From Hydrurus foetidus (Eukaryota), in contig UYFQ01000064.1 of NCBI GenBank assembly GCA_900617105.1, positions 1 through 46,640 on the forward strand: a stretch of DNA of 46,640 bases, in the 5' to 3' direction. The notes beneath the pieces are model-generated. The model worked only from the letters and a program-made list of their open reading frames with translations, did not search any database and was not told the DNA's origin. The translations under genes were made by a program, and so were the position numbers. Below are positions 11,935 to 23,916 of this stretch, in pieces; positions within the stretch are counted from its first letter, which is position 1; each line of letters begins with the position of its first letter.

Positions 11935-14900
11935 TTAATTCTTCTCGTCCACCGCCGGCCATCCCGTGAGTCCGTCTCTCTCCCTCTGGAACTGGGCCCC
12001 CTGGAGTGGCTTGGTTAGTACGTTCGCGTACATGTCCTCGCTGCGTAAGTACTCCACCCGTACCTCGCCAGTGTCCACTCGCTCTTTAACCCAGAAGTAT
12101 CGGATCTGGATGTGGCGTGTGCGCTCCGCTCCGGATCTGCCGCGCTCCACTAGCGCCATGCAAGACTGGTTGTCTTGATAGATGACCACCGGCTCCATCT
12201 CATACCCCTGTGCGATAAGAAAAGTACGAATGAATATGCCTTGGTTAGCTGAGTCGGACAGCCCTACCAGCTCCGCCTCCGTACTCGACTTCGTAACTAT
12301 CAGCTGCTTCGATGATCGACAGTGCACAGCTCCGACGTCTCCAATTACCACGCAGCTTCCCGTGTGTGACCGTCCATCGCTGTGCACACCGTAGGACGCA
12401 TCAACGAATAGCCTCACCGTGATACCTCCTGCACCCGGCCTCAGCAATACGCCGCTGTCCCTTGTCGCGTATATGTAACGCACCAAACGCTGTAGCTTGT
12501 CCACGTCGTCTGTCGTGCACTTGTTGACTCGTGTGGCTAGGAATGCCACTGTCACTAGGCACTCCGGTTTGGTACGCTTAGCCAAGTAGAGCACCATTGC
12601 GACCACTTTGTGGAACCAGACTCGCACCGGCTCTATCACTGTGGTGGCATCCTCTCGTCTCGAATAGCCCCTCTGTGGCCGGTGTACGCGCAGAGCCCTT
12701 CACCCCCGATATCTTGACTATCTCGTCACAGTAGCCCGTGGTTGTGATCATCGCCTATCCTGATATATGCATGTCGATCGACATCCCGAGGTAGTTTACG
12801 ACAGGACCATGCGATAATGTGATTGCACCGTACCTCTTGCGTAGTCCCTCGACTAGGTGTGTCACGTTGGCCTTGCTCCTACTTGTTATGAGTAAGTCGT
12901 CGACGTGCACTGCTGCAGTGCACTGATGCCCGTCCGGGCCTGTCCGGTTGAATACGCATTTATCACTGATATTCCGTACGTACCCGAGTCCCACCATGGT
13001 GGAGTGCAGATTCTCGTACCACAGTCCGGCACTCTCTACGCAACCGTATAGCGCTTTCTTGAGGTGGACCGTGACGCCTCCCCTCGCGTCCGTGTACTTA
13101 CCGTACGTGGGGTCGATGTCAATGATGATATCGGACATAGTGCGATCGAGGCGCATGTGCACTGGCACGTCCAGTGTCATGTCCGCGTTGAGGTATGCTC
13201 CACTGATATCTACTACTGCGACTCGACGCTTCTCATGAGCAGCGACCGCAAGCAACGTGAATACGGCACTAGTGGACACAGTCGGAGAGGACAGGTCCTC
13301 ATATAGCCCCTTGTCTTGCTGGTCGCCACCTGCTACCAGCCGTGCCTTGAGCTTGAGGAAGCTCCCGTCCGGGTTGTTCTTCTGCTTGAGGAACATCGAG
13401 GATCGAATGGTCGATGCTCTCTGCATCGCCGTTAGTTTCCCACCCATCACCGGCGCCCATACCCTTTTATCTATCATTTGTCTGAGCTCCGACACAATGA
13501 CTTTCTTCGCTTCGTGTCCTCTGGTGCGAAATGCTTCTTTAACACTTATGTTGGCAGTGTTGCTCTTCCCCATCTCCTCTCTGTGCCTCTTCATCACCTC
13601 ATCTACATCATGTGTGGTTGGTGCTGTGTTGGCGGATCTCGGTACTGTACCCCCTGTGTTCGTCACGAACGCATCTTCGTTCGTACGGGTTGACCTCGTC
13701 ACCATACGCTCTGTTGGTACCGGTACCCTGCGTTGTTCTCTCACAGGCGACTGCACTGGTTGTGCTGGTTGCTGTGGGACTGGTTCGATGTCAGGTGCAG
13801 GTGTGTCTGCTGAAATGTCGTCTGGTTCAGGCGGTGATGTGGGTGGTGTAGGTAGGGGTGGTGTAGGTAGGTCACGTTCGTGCACCCCAGTTCTTTCGAG
13901 TGCCTCAATTCCGATTTCCTCTGATGGCGGCGTAGCTTCGGCTGCGACTGGTACCCCCCACATCGGAAGGAGGAATCTCGAAAATGCTGTCAGCTGATGG
14001 TAGGTCGGTGAGTGTGGGTTGATGATCCACCGATACCCGTTCGACAGTGGCATCCTGAGTGGGGGGGTTGGTAATGAAGGATGGCATTTTAGACTTGTCG
14101 AGACTGTTGGCGAATAGTAGTTCATCAAACACATGCAGTTGGGTTTGAGTTATTTTCTTCCCTTCTTTGACTGCCATGGCGTTCAGCGTCGCTATGACCG
14201 ACTGCGGCATCGGCAGTATCTTGAATTGGTCCCTCGTCACGATCTTGCCAGTCGCCAGTGAGAGCATCTTGAACGATCCAGTTCTGCTGTGTGTGGGGAG
14301 CATTACAATGCAATCTTCAGTTCGAGATTGCATAGTGTTATTCGTATTAGGTACGGTACAAACGGCATAATCCCCGTAGGCGGCACGAAAGTCCAAGTTC
14401 CCGTCAACCCTCCGTCCTGAAAATAGTTCTCTCGGCGAAAGACCCCCGGGCCTTGATCCTGACTGCTGACAGTTAATGCGGGAGACGCAGAATAGTGCTA
14501 GGTAGGTTAGACAGAGTTCAGTAGGAGTGAATGGAATTCTACCGTTGATGTGAGCGCGTGCTCGCTCCTTCACCATTTGAATCCGCCGTTCGATTCTAGC
14601 CACGTGACCGCCAGCTGCACTGACATCTACCTCGATTCCCAGCGCTAGCAAATCAAGCCGCATTTTGCCGATTGCACCCTCACCGTCTGACATGATGACT
14701 TGCACTATGAAGTTTCTGGATTTGAGTATCGATATCATTTCATTCAGCGCCGGCTTCACAATCGCAGCAGCTCGTGAGGTCTTTTCAGTGTCGAGTCGCA
14801 TAAGACTCACGGCGAGAGTCATGTCCAGAGGGGTTGAAACCGCGATCAGTATCGCTGTGGTCTCCAAGTACATAATGTCCACGCTCAGAACTTGCTGCTG

Positions 14901-16745
14901 CTGCGCAGGAGCAGGTGTCAATGAAATGTCAGCCACTGGTGACGATTTCTTGTGTGTCTTCCCCCTGAGACTGGCGAGACATTTACCCCAGATCGAGTGA
15001 GCGTTTCTGAAGTCTGCTTCCGAGACGCTGAAGTTGCTGCCGCCTCTGATCATCGCGATAGCCATCTCAACTGGGGGATACCCCATTCTAGCGAGTAGCT
15101 CCCTTGCTGCTGCCGCTTGTCCAATCTCGCGTTTGGTGAACCGTCTCATGTTGTCTTCGACTGTCGTCACCAGTGCTTGCTCCTGCTGCTGATGCTTCTG
15201 CCCAGCTGTGGTTCTCGCATCCCACACGTAGAACTTTCCTGTCGATCCTGGTAGACTCTGCCTGCTGAAGCTGTACAGAGTCTTGCTGCCAGCTGGACGT
15301 AGGTTGAAGCATCCACTCTCATGATCATAGCTGATCCCTGCACCACTGTCTGCCATCGCTGCGAAGGAGAGTATGTTGGCTGTCGCCCCTCGACTGAAGT
15401 AGACTGGTCCGATATCTCCGAAGTCGCCTTCGTGATCGACTCGGACACCCTTCGCATCAGACTGAACTCCGTTGAGGAGGATCGCATGCTGCGATTTCCT
15501 AATGTCTGTCAGCAATGATGGATTGCAGAAGATGTTCACCGAGGCCTGATTGTCCAGCAGCACATGACTCTGAGTGAACAGGGCGACTTCGTCTGTCGTG
15601 ACGAAAGCTGCTTCTATGCTCTCGTCGTCCTCTTCGATATCCTCCTCGACATTGGTGAGCATCGCATGCTCTCCGTCTTTGCGTTGTTCGCAGTCTCTTG
15701 CGAAGTGTCCCGTCTTTCCGCATACGAAACAGATCACTGACGATGATTTCTTTTTTGCTCCCGAAGTCTTCCCCTTTGCTCCTTTTCCTGGGACTTTTTC
15801 CTTTGTACCTACCAAAGAATCGGTCAGAAACGCGGAATGTTGCTCGGCTCCGAGGGGGACTCCTCCGCCCGAGCTGGTCCAGGATGACGCCACCCTGTAT
15901 GCTCCGGCTAAGGTGGAAGGGAAGCTATTCGGCAGGTTTTGTACAGCGTTGTTACGCATTAGTGTCAACATACCGGTATACCTTTTCGGGTCTAACTTAC
16001 TGAGGAAGTCGATTGCTCTAATCGGTTCTTCCACTTCAGTCATACCCACACCTCTGTTGGCTGATACCTGGTTATCGAACCGCGTCTTGAAGTCACCAAT
16101 TACCTCACGTTCACCCTGTCTGAGGTAGTTGTACCTGATGGTCTGTTCGTGCACATTCATCGCTCTCATCGAGTCATCTTCTCCGTAGATGTGAGTTAGA
16201 TGACTCCTTCTAATGTACTCCCACAGTTTCACACTGTCCAATCTGAGGCGTGCATCTTCGAACCCTGGCTCCTCACGCACCTTGGATTTGGACCCTGTCG
16301 ACATTCTTGACCACATTAGTGGAAAGAGCTTTTGCTCATCGACTTTTTGCGTTTCGACTGCCTTGCGGCGTCCCTCGAACGCATTGGCTCGCAGCTTGTC
16401 GATGAGTGCCTCGGAGTACACGACAGGAGGCGCTGGTGGGAGCTGTGGCCCGATCATGACATTCTCGAGGTTTACGGATTCGTCTTCGTCCTCGTCTTCA
16501 TTTTCGGTACCCGCTGTCGTGGTATCGATTTCCACCGTTTGAAAGGTGGGGTTGTAATCCTCCTCGCGAGGATACGGATGGACGTAACTCTTGTTGGTGG
16601 TGAAGAACGTGCCGGTCATCCCGTACAGGCCGCATGCCTCGTTCTGCATGTCTTCCCTCCACTGCACTACGTTGTTGTAGCGTCCGATTCTCAGCATGCA
16701 CTGCTCTGCAGCTGATTTGAGTTCTTCTTGTTTCTTCGGCGGCAT
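11935..16745 (-). pseudogene. Copia element 1 gag-pol polyprotein, disrupted
   Basis: CFVCGKTGHFARDC zinc knuckle; LLDNQAS protease; SVDIM/SDGEG/IERR integrase; KARLVAGG, KALYG, HVDD RT; DAS, STEAE, DN, ANVLTKPL RNase H. Lesions: frameshift at the G-run near 13955, in-frame TAG at 12755-12757, frameshift near 12653. Confidence 0.92.
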
Positions 16746-16771
16746 CTCGATGCGCTGATCTAGTTTAATTA

Positions 16772-17090
16772 TGTTGGGATTTCTCTAGGCCCGGATGCTT
16801 TGTGACTCCTGTGACCGGTGACCCAAGGCTCGTAAAATAGACTTTGTATTGTGTAATTACTTGATAATTAAACTTGTGCACCGGCATCAATCAAGACGGC
16901 AACGAAGCTTTACATATCAACGCAATTGCACATGTTCTATCCGTGTTGAAGATAGATGAATGGATGGCTCCATGAGCCCACACATCCAACGGTCCACGAT
17001 CTGCACCCCAAGGGCACACACCGCTGACCGTCGGGATCCACACATATACTATACAACTACAGCAGTGTCTTTTCTCCGGATACTCCAACA
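16772..17090 (-). repeat. 5' LTR of Copia element 1
   Basis: Direct repeat of 11473-11791; gag ATG at 16745 follows closely. Confidence 0.95.
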
Positions 17091-17557
17091 CAGGCGACTG
17101 TGTAAGGCTACAATTCACCGCAACGCCTAAACGGAGTCGGTGTAGTACCGTCGAGTGCCCTTTGTTTTGTGTTACGGAACGGTAATCTGTACAATCAGAC
17201 CGTCTTATCCACCACTATCTGAAATATCGATACTCGCATTACAATCTCATTATCTCAGCCAGTACAGCAAACCACACCCTCCCAAGTGGCACTGTCGTCT
17301 GCTGGTGTTCTGGTCGAAGATTCCATTCGAAAAGTTGCGATCGTAACGTTAGAAACTTCGTTAAATTACGGATCATAAAAGTTGGGATAATTCGAGAGTC
17401 GTTCAGGGAATTGCATTTTTTGAGCCGAGGACCAACGTGAGGTGACTTGAGGCTACTCCAGAGCGTTCTTCTGATAGTGAACAAACTGAACTTGCAATAA
17501 AACACCAGTTACTGTGATTTCATTTTACGTCTGGACGTCCACAAATACACAGGTGAT

Positions 17558-20149
17558 ATGCCGCGAGAGATCATGGAATATCTTCCAGAGATTGACTATG
17601 CATCGTGCATGCTCGCTATAGTACTTGTAAGGCATACTGTAGATAATGAGAATGTGAATCAGCAATGGTCTGCCGAACAACTGAGCATAATAATGAATAA
17701 AATGCAATGGGGGAACAGTGCTAATTTCGGGGTGGATTATTTGGCGCTAAAGCATGGAATGAATCTATTCTCGTCAGAGTTGAAGAGGAGGGGTGCAACC
17801 TGTATAACACTCTTTCAATCCGATAAATCATTGATTCCATTTTTCAGTTTAGAGGGCCATCACAGAAGTATAGAAATAAAGTTTACGTCATACTGCTGTC
17901 CTGAGGTTTTACAACAGAGCGAGTTATTATCCACCGTGATGAGTGTTCGTGATGTAATACTAAGGAAGAGCAATTATTCACCATCAATTTATAATTCTCC
18001 TTCTGTCGTTCTTGGTGCCTTGCATTTTAAGCCGTTCAAAAGTCCTTTCTATGTTGAACCAGAAAAGAAAAAAATCATATCAAAATCGCCAGATAAATTA
18101 GGTGATAGAACAATTAGAAAAAATAGGGATAAATTGATAAGTGATGCAGACGATTCATTCGGAAAAAAGCATTCTGTTTTTTATCTAGAATCCGCACTCA
18201 AAAAAGCGAAAAAAAGACAAGAAAATGAAACAAAGTCAGTTGATAAAATTGAGATAAATGTAGAGAATAATCTAGAGAATAATCTGGAGAATGGTTATAT
18301 AGATCTTCTTGCAGAGGATGCAATAGACAATGACATAAATATAGTAAATGCACTTAATGATTTGCCAAGTAAAAATGTGCTCTTCTCCGACGAAGATCAG
18401 AAAAATGTTTTAGTTCTCTTCAATGTAATCAAAATCGTAGCCACAGAAAGAGAGTATGAGTGTCCTCGATTTGTTGCAGCCGAAATCACCGAGATGGTAT
18501 TGAAACACAAAAATTATTACTCAACTATATCGGCAAGAACCATTGAGCGATGGTTAGGGTTAGCTGAAAAAGAAAGAAAGAAATCAGGAAGAAAAATAAA
18601 TACAAAATTTGAGGCAGAAGTATGGGGTAATCTGATGATGTGCGTATTTGAGAAAAATGAAGAGAAGGATGTAAGTTATCATCTACTGATTACATATTGC
18701 ATTTATCATATGCTTAAATTGATTAAAATAATCGAAATTATAGTGATTTCATAATCTAATAAAAGTCAACAATCAATATTGTACTAGGATACTGTACGGA
18801 TCATGGTAAACGTAACGTACTCTTATTCAATAGTTGAGAGAGCAGCAAATGCAGTAAAGAACAGGAATTGCTGGCAAGATGATGTGACAGTACAACAATT
18901 AAGATTTTCGAATAAATGGATAAAATCATTTCTTGATCGCGGTGGTGTCACTCGACGCAAAATTACGAGGGAGGATAAGACAGTCCCCAGTGATGAGGAA
19001 ATTCACAAGATATTAAGTATTGGACAAAAATGTTACATTGAAAAAGGACACAGCCCACAAACGTGCTTCAATTTCGACGAAACAGCATTTACCTATGCGA
19101 TCGGCCCTACACATAATTACTGCCCAATTAATCAGCCGAGAGCAACGAATATCGGTATCTCGAATACAAAACTCAGAATTACAGCCGTAATTGCAGTCAA
19201 TGCACTCGGCGAGTTCGCTCCCTTGATGCTCATTGTGAAGCACTCTGTGAGCTCCGAGAAGCGACCTGATCAAACAGCTATGACAGTCATACGTGACTTA
19301 CATAAGAAACCTGGCTTTAAAGAATGTGACGGTTGGATATTGAAAATTTGGGAAAAAGACATTACATTGAGTGGTGTTAAGGCTCGTCACAAAATTATAT
19401 ACATAATTCATGTTGAAACTGGCCATGTTATTACAAGTCAAGTGAAGGCATGGAATGATACGGTTAGGATGGTATTATGGTTCGAAGTGATTATTAAACC
19501 ACTAAAAGAAAAGTTAGGTAAAATACTAATATGGTGTGATAATTGTGGTAGTCACAAGACATCTAGTGTGACAGAAGTAATCAATGAAATCGGTGCAGAT
19601 GTTTGTTTCTTACCGAAAAATATGACCGGTGAGTTACAGGTCCTAGATCTTGTTGTCAATGGCCCTTTAAAGGCACACATTAGAACAATCCGAGCTAACA
19701 GATTATACAAAAGTTTTCAAGAGTACAAAATTAATAGAACAAGCAAGAGCATATTAACAAAATTTGAACCACCAAAGCCAACAATGATAGAGGGGATAAA
19801 AAATTTAATACTGCTTTTTAAAGAGCAATTCACAGAAGTTAAATTTAGAGATTGCATTAACCGTACATTCATTAAGACGGGAACATTACCTATTAACTTC
19901 GATGACAACAGAGAAGTTGAATTTGTCGCTTATAAGAAGGAATCTTTGTGTGGGACGATGCTCATTGTACCAGAGGGTACTCTCGACCTCGACATCGATG
20001 AGGAAATCAATACTGAAAATTCTGATGAGAAAGCACTGCCAGACGATTTAGAATCTTTAGAGAGAGCAGTTATCAACTACTACATAGATAACCATGAAAC
20101 AATTTCTGAAGAAAATGACACCGATGAAAGTGACTGTGATTCCATGTAA
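17558..20149 (+). CDS. pogo-like DD35D transposase, 2 exons (17558-18670, 18788-20149), about 824 aa, apparently intact
   Basis: GT-AG intron 18671-18787 joins in frame. HTH-like TISARTIERWL and CENP-B-like FSNKWIKSFL. Catalytic FNFDET, WCDNCGSH and FLPKNMTGELQVLD, with 35 residues between the 2nd and 3rd Asp. Confidence 0.9.
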
Positions 20150-20429
20150 GGAGGTCGACAATTTCTGTCATTGATTTCATTAAGAACTGAATACTCAAGA
20201 GAAGACACAGATGTAAAAACTGTATTTACCACTGTATATAACTCTTGTATATGTATTAAACTGCATTGTATATAAATCTTGCTCCGAGGATTACATGATC
20301 AATTTCCTATCATCTTAATTATCATTTTCTCATAGTATACTACAGCCCATTTTCACATTATTTTATTAAATTCTGTTTAATTTCACTTAATTTCGTCTCA
20401 TTTTATTTCATTTTATTTTATTTAATATT

Positions 20430-20456
20430 ATTTCATTTCATTTCATTTCATTTCAT
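20430..20456. repeat. (ATTTC)n microsatellite in an AT-rich spacer
   Basis: About 5 tandem ATTTC units between the two convergent genes of the pogo element. Confidence 0.7.
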
Positions 20457-20653
20457 GTCGTAATTTGATTTAACTCATTTTTTTGCATTTGCTTTATTTT
20501 ACTTTATTTCTATGAAATCTTCATATGCTTGTCACCTTTTAAAAATAGAGCGATAAACATAATTGAATTCTTAGCTGTGAAAAACGATTTCAATCAAATA
20601 GCAAATTAAGTATCATTGCAGCACAGCTTAATCATCCGTAGGGGATTCAATCC

Positions 20654-21173
20654 TTAAGAGTTTAAAATATCAAACATCTTGACAGTAAAGATATCACTGT
20701 TGATAGAGTAGACAACAATATTCACGAAATATCCTGCAGCTTTGTGATGAGAGTCCTCATCTACTATGCATTGAAATCTGAAACCTATATCATACGCATT
20801 GCATTCTGGAAGGCTAACATTTTGATGATCCATCAAACTAGCTAGCACTAACGCTACTTCTCGGCTAACATTTCCAATCCTCTCTCCAAGCACATAAGTA
20901 CTGGGAGGAGTTGGTGCACTGTCGATAGGCGCCAGAATTTGTATGCAATTCGCATCTGATACGAAAGATAAACAACTGAACGTCAGATGTCACTCAACAG
21001 ATTCAGGAATCATCTGAAGGAGCATTTACAAGAATGCACTTGCACAACTAACCATACGCGTTCAAAGGATCTCTTCTAACACTACAAAGAGTTCCTTTTT
21101 GGACCTTCAATCCTTTTCTGAGAGCGAATGCACCCTTGCAACGGCATCTCATCTCCAGAATAGGACGCATCAT
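20654..21173 (-). CDS. Standalone HIRAN-domain protein (140 aa), 2 exons (21173-21053, 20955-20654), inside the pogo-like transposon
   Basis: Intron 20956-21052 (GTTAGT...CTGAC...TATCAG) splices in frame to give ...SVRRDPLNAYDANCIQI...GERIGNVSREVALVLASLMD, matching the HIRAN pattern RePxNxyDxNAixV...iGyvpr..A..La.llD. Confidence 0.75.
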
Positions 21174-21860
21174 GTGAAGTTGTCTCAGTGAAAGAGTCCT
21201 TCAAGAAAAGAGGTGTTTTAAATCAGATTCTCGATTGAAAGCACATCGGAAAACGTTTCCCAAATTTGCTGATCATGATTCGCTTGGGAAGTTAGCTTGC
21301 AAGCTATGAGAAATTTGAAATCTGATTGTGACACGATGCGCTCACCAGTAAGTTTCACACGCAATTCCAAATTAGAAAGTCTGGAAAAAATGCCAAGCTG
21401 AATTGGCGTTGCTGTCTCGGCAACGCAAGAAACGGGACTCCAATCGGTGACTTCTAGCGTGAGTTGTGGTATGTGGAGTAGTTGTGATGGTATATGGTCG
21501 ATAACATTCACAAGATGGAGGATTACCCTTTTATTTACCCCACACCATACTAACGTAAACAAAACAAAGGGCACTCGACGGTAGACCGTAGATTTTCACC
21601 GTGTGCTACAATTTGACTTGATTCACCGTTCTCCGGAATATATCTGACGTTATAATTCAAAATTCGAAAATTTGAAAAATTCCTCGTCTTTACCGACCGT
21701 TACATCACTTCCAAATAAACATATGCTACAGCTTCTAGTGACTTATGATGCACAAATTTTTGAAGTCGGTTCGCTCCTCAGGATGATTTATTCTCTCAGT
21801 CAGTTTTCTGCCATGATGATGATCATGCTAAGGGTTATCAAGAGGCGCAAAGTTGCAAAG

Positions 21861-22220
21861 TCAAGTGCAAAGCCACGGCGTAGTCCTCCGTCTGTTCCCC
21901 GATTGAAGGCAATCGATTATTGGTACTCTCCATGGGGCCAGCTTCTTGGCCTTTCGCAACATTTGCACGCCAGTATCCTTGTCAACCAATGTTGTAAGGA
22001 CTTCGGGCGTCGCATCCTTTATTGGTATGTATCTGTAGTTGTCGTAGATCTCCTTTACCCAGTCCGCGGCTCTCACTTTGAGAGACTGCTCAATTTGAGG
22101 AACACTCTGCTTGCCTCCGTTTGTGACAACGTCATTCCATGCGAGGAGGAGAAGCAGTGTGTATGCTTCAACCAATCCTCTTGTCGATCTAACCATACGA
22201 GCAGAAGTTTCCTCCGACAT
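21861..22220 (-). pseudogene. Remnant ORF inside the Harbinger-type element, possibly its accessory protein
   Basis: Lies between the TIRs; weak by-eye similarity (TG...RK.K...AP...SG) to ORF 42530-42966, which follows another Harbinger-like end. Confidence 0.35.
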
Positions 22221-23105
22221 TCTGTGGCTTTACAATGTGGCCACGTCGCCCTATTTGGTGATAGCGTTTTGTAAAAATAGAGAACGCTATATATCTATTT
22301 TTGACGTTGAAGATTTGAAAATCCGATCCAAGATAACGTCGAAAAAAATGCCGGGAATCCGACGAATCAGCTATTTACGTTAAAAAACAATACGTTATAC
22401 TACACCGACTCCGTTTAGACGTTGCGGTGAATTGTAGCCTAACTGGGTACTTCAGTGTTACGTGTGCCACCCTACTATACCATCAGATGACAAGTAATAA
22501 GTTTCTCGGCATACCGAAATGAGACCCCAGACTGAAACTCTGGTGAAAGTCATCAAGATTACGCAGTCATGACCTCAATGGTGAGATAAATCAACGTTAC
22601 CTTCACAGCGCGATCTATGACATGCGATGTGGATAAGAATGTGAAATAAGAAACGTTTTTTCTGTTCATTGGATCCCTTGTCGCATACGATGCACTGTTT
22701 TAAAAAGTAATAAAAAAAATGTTGTACGCTTTCCTTCGATCTCGCTTCAAACTATTAACCTGGCACCGTCTTCGATGTCTTGTAAATGCAGTTTATTGCT
22801 CTCAGAAAAGATAAAAGCTCTCAGAAGATGAAATGCCTAAAATGTTCCTTTCAGTGTAGAAAAGGGGTCGTCTGCGTTGCCAGTACTCAGAGCTGTGCCT
22901 TCGACTCAAATTGCACGTGAAGCCGCGGCACACACGGTTATATTTCCTTGATTTAGAATGATATTCGATATACATGTCTCAAAATGGACGATCGTGTACT
23001 GTATCGATTGTGCGATGTACTAATATCTTCGATGTTGAGTGATAAACACACTTCGCTAGCTGTATTGGGTGCATGATACGTAAAATAACTTGCTACTTTG
23101 AAGCG

Positions 23106-23916
23106 TTACACCACTGGGGTGCTTGGAGCGAGTGATATCATTTCAGACAACATTCTGTTATGCCATGCTGCCAGTCGTTCGTCAGCAAGAATGAAGTCAG
23201 CAAATGCGATACTTTTCGAGAGACGGAATGGATTCAACACGCCAAAAATAGAGCAGTCAATGGCTCCAAGAGTGTCACCGTGGAGGTAGGGCTTGGAGCC
23301 GAGGAAGCCTGCAAATTGCTTCGCATAACTGGAGACGGATTCCAGTCCAGGAGTTTTCTCTCGCAATTTCTTGCCCGGTTTGACGCAGCATGTGATGATG
23401 CAGGGTGCTATCCACATCATGCATCCAGGAATTCCCCCCAACTGACATCCACACTGCTGAAGTTCTGCGTTGCTTTCCATGACAGCGACTTCACACGCCA
23501 GCATCAGGCCTCTAGTATTGAGCCGTTCCATCTCAAGCTCCCTTCCGTCGTACTCAACATCTAGGATCTTCGCCAAGATAATAGCTATGATTTCAGAGTC
23601 GTTGATCTGCTTCCCGTCAATGTCAAGTACCGGAATCTTCTTGTACTTAGATTCTTTCTTGGCAGAGGGAACCAAAGTATATTTCACGCCGAAATGCGTC
23701 AAAATAGAAATAATTTTACTGCAGGGTGGCGAGATCTTCTGCCCATAGAGGACCACATTCAATCTGGAAATTGCTGATGATTTGTGAATTTAGTTGGAGT
23801 TTAATAGGTAGGCTTAAATTGCCAATAATATTTCTCAGGTCATCACCTGCTGCGTTCTTCCATTCGACGGGAATTGGCCACGCAGGCATCTCTCCTTCAT
23901 AGTTCGATTCAGCCAT
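23106..23916 (-). CDS. Glutathione S-transferase family protein (mPGES-2-like), 2 exons (23916-23847, 23773-23106), about 245 aa
   Basis: VVLY...SPPCSKI, YKKIPVL, QINDSEII (GST N-domain); YLHGDTLGAIDCSIFGVL...W (C-domain). Intron 23774-23846 is GT-AG and restores the frame. Confidence 0.85.

Larger units (their letters stand above)
11473..17090 (-). mobile_element. Full-length Ty1/Copia LTR retrotransposon (element 1)
   Basis: Two 319-bp LTRs (TGTTGG...CCAACA), identical by eye; TSD CAGGC at 11468-11472 and 17091-17095; domain order gag-PR-INT-RT-RNH. Confidence 0.97.
17148..21581 (+). mobile_element. pogo/Fot1-like (Tc1/mariner superfamily) DNA transposon nested in the Harbinger-type element
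   Basis: 23-bp perfect TIRs CCGTCGAGTGCCCTTTGTTTTGT; TA TSD at 17146-17147 and 21582-21583; encodes a DDE_1-type transposase. Confidence 0.92.
17106..22439. mobile_element. Non-autonomous PIF/Harbinger-type DNA transposon (about 0.9 kb without the nested insertion)
   Basis: 42-bp TIRs GGCTACAATTCACCGCAACG[C/T]CTAAACGGAGTCGGTGTAGTA (1 mismatch); TAA TSD at 17103-17105 and 22440-22442. Confidence 0.85.

Noticed and set aside
13945..13965. Programmed ribosomal frameshift between the integrase and RT ORFs
   Set aside because: The break is in a G homopolymer in the INT-RT linker, not at the gag-pol boundary, and other lesions exist; an indel is simpler.
13257..16715. Long plus-strand ORFs overlapping Copia element 1 (and likewise element 2, the P450s and the Gypsy element)
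   Set aside because: Antisense shadows of real coding sequence, with no motifs of their own.
21218..21574. 118-aa ORF as an upstream exon of the HIRAN gene
   Set aside because: It starts within the TIR, has no motif, and an in-frame stop precedes the HIRAN ATG; no supported splice link.
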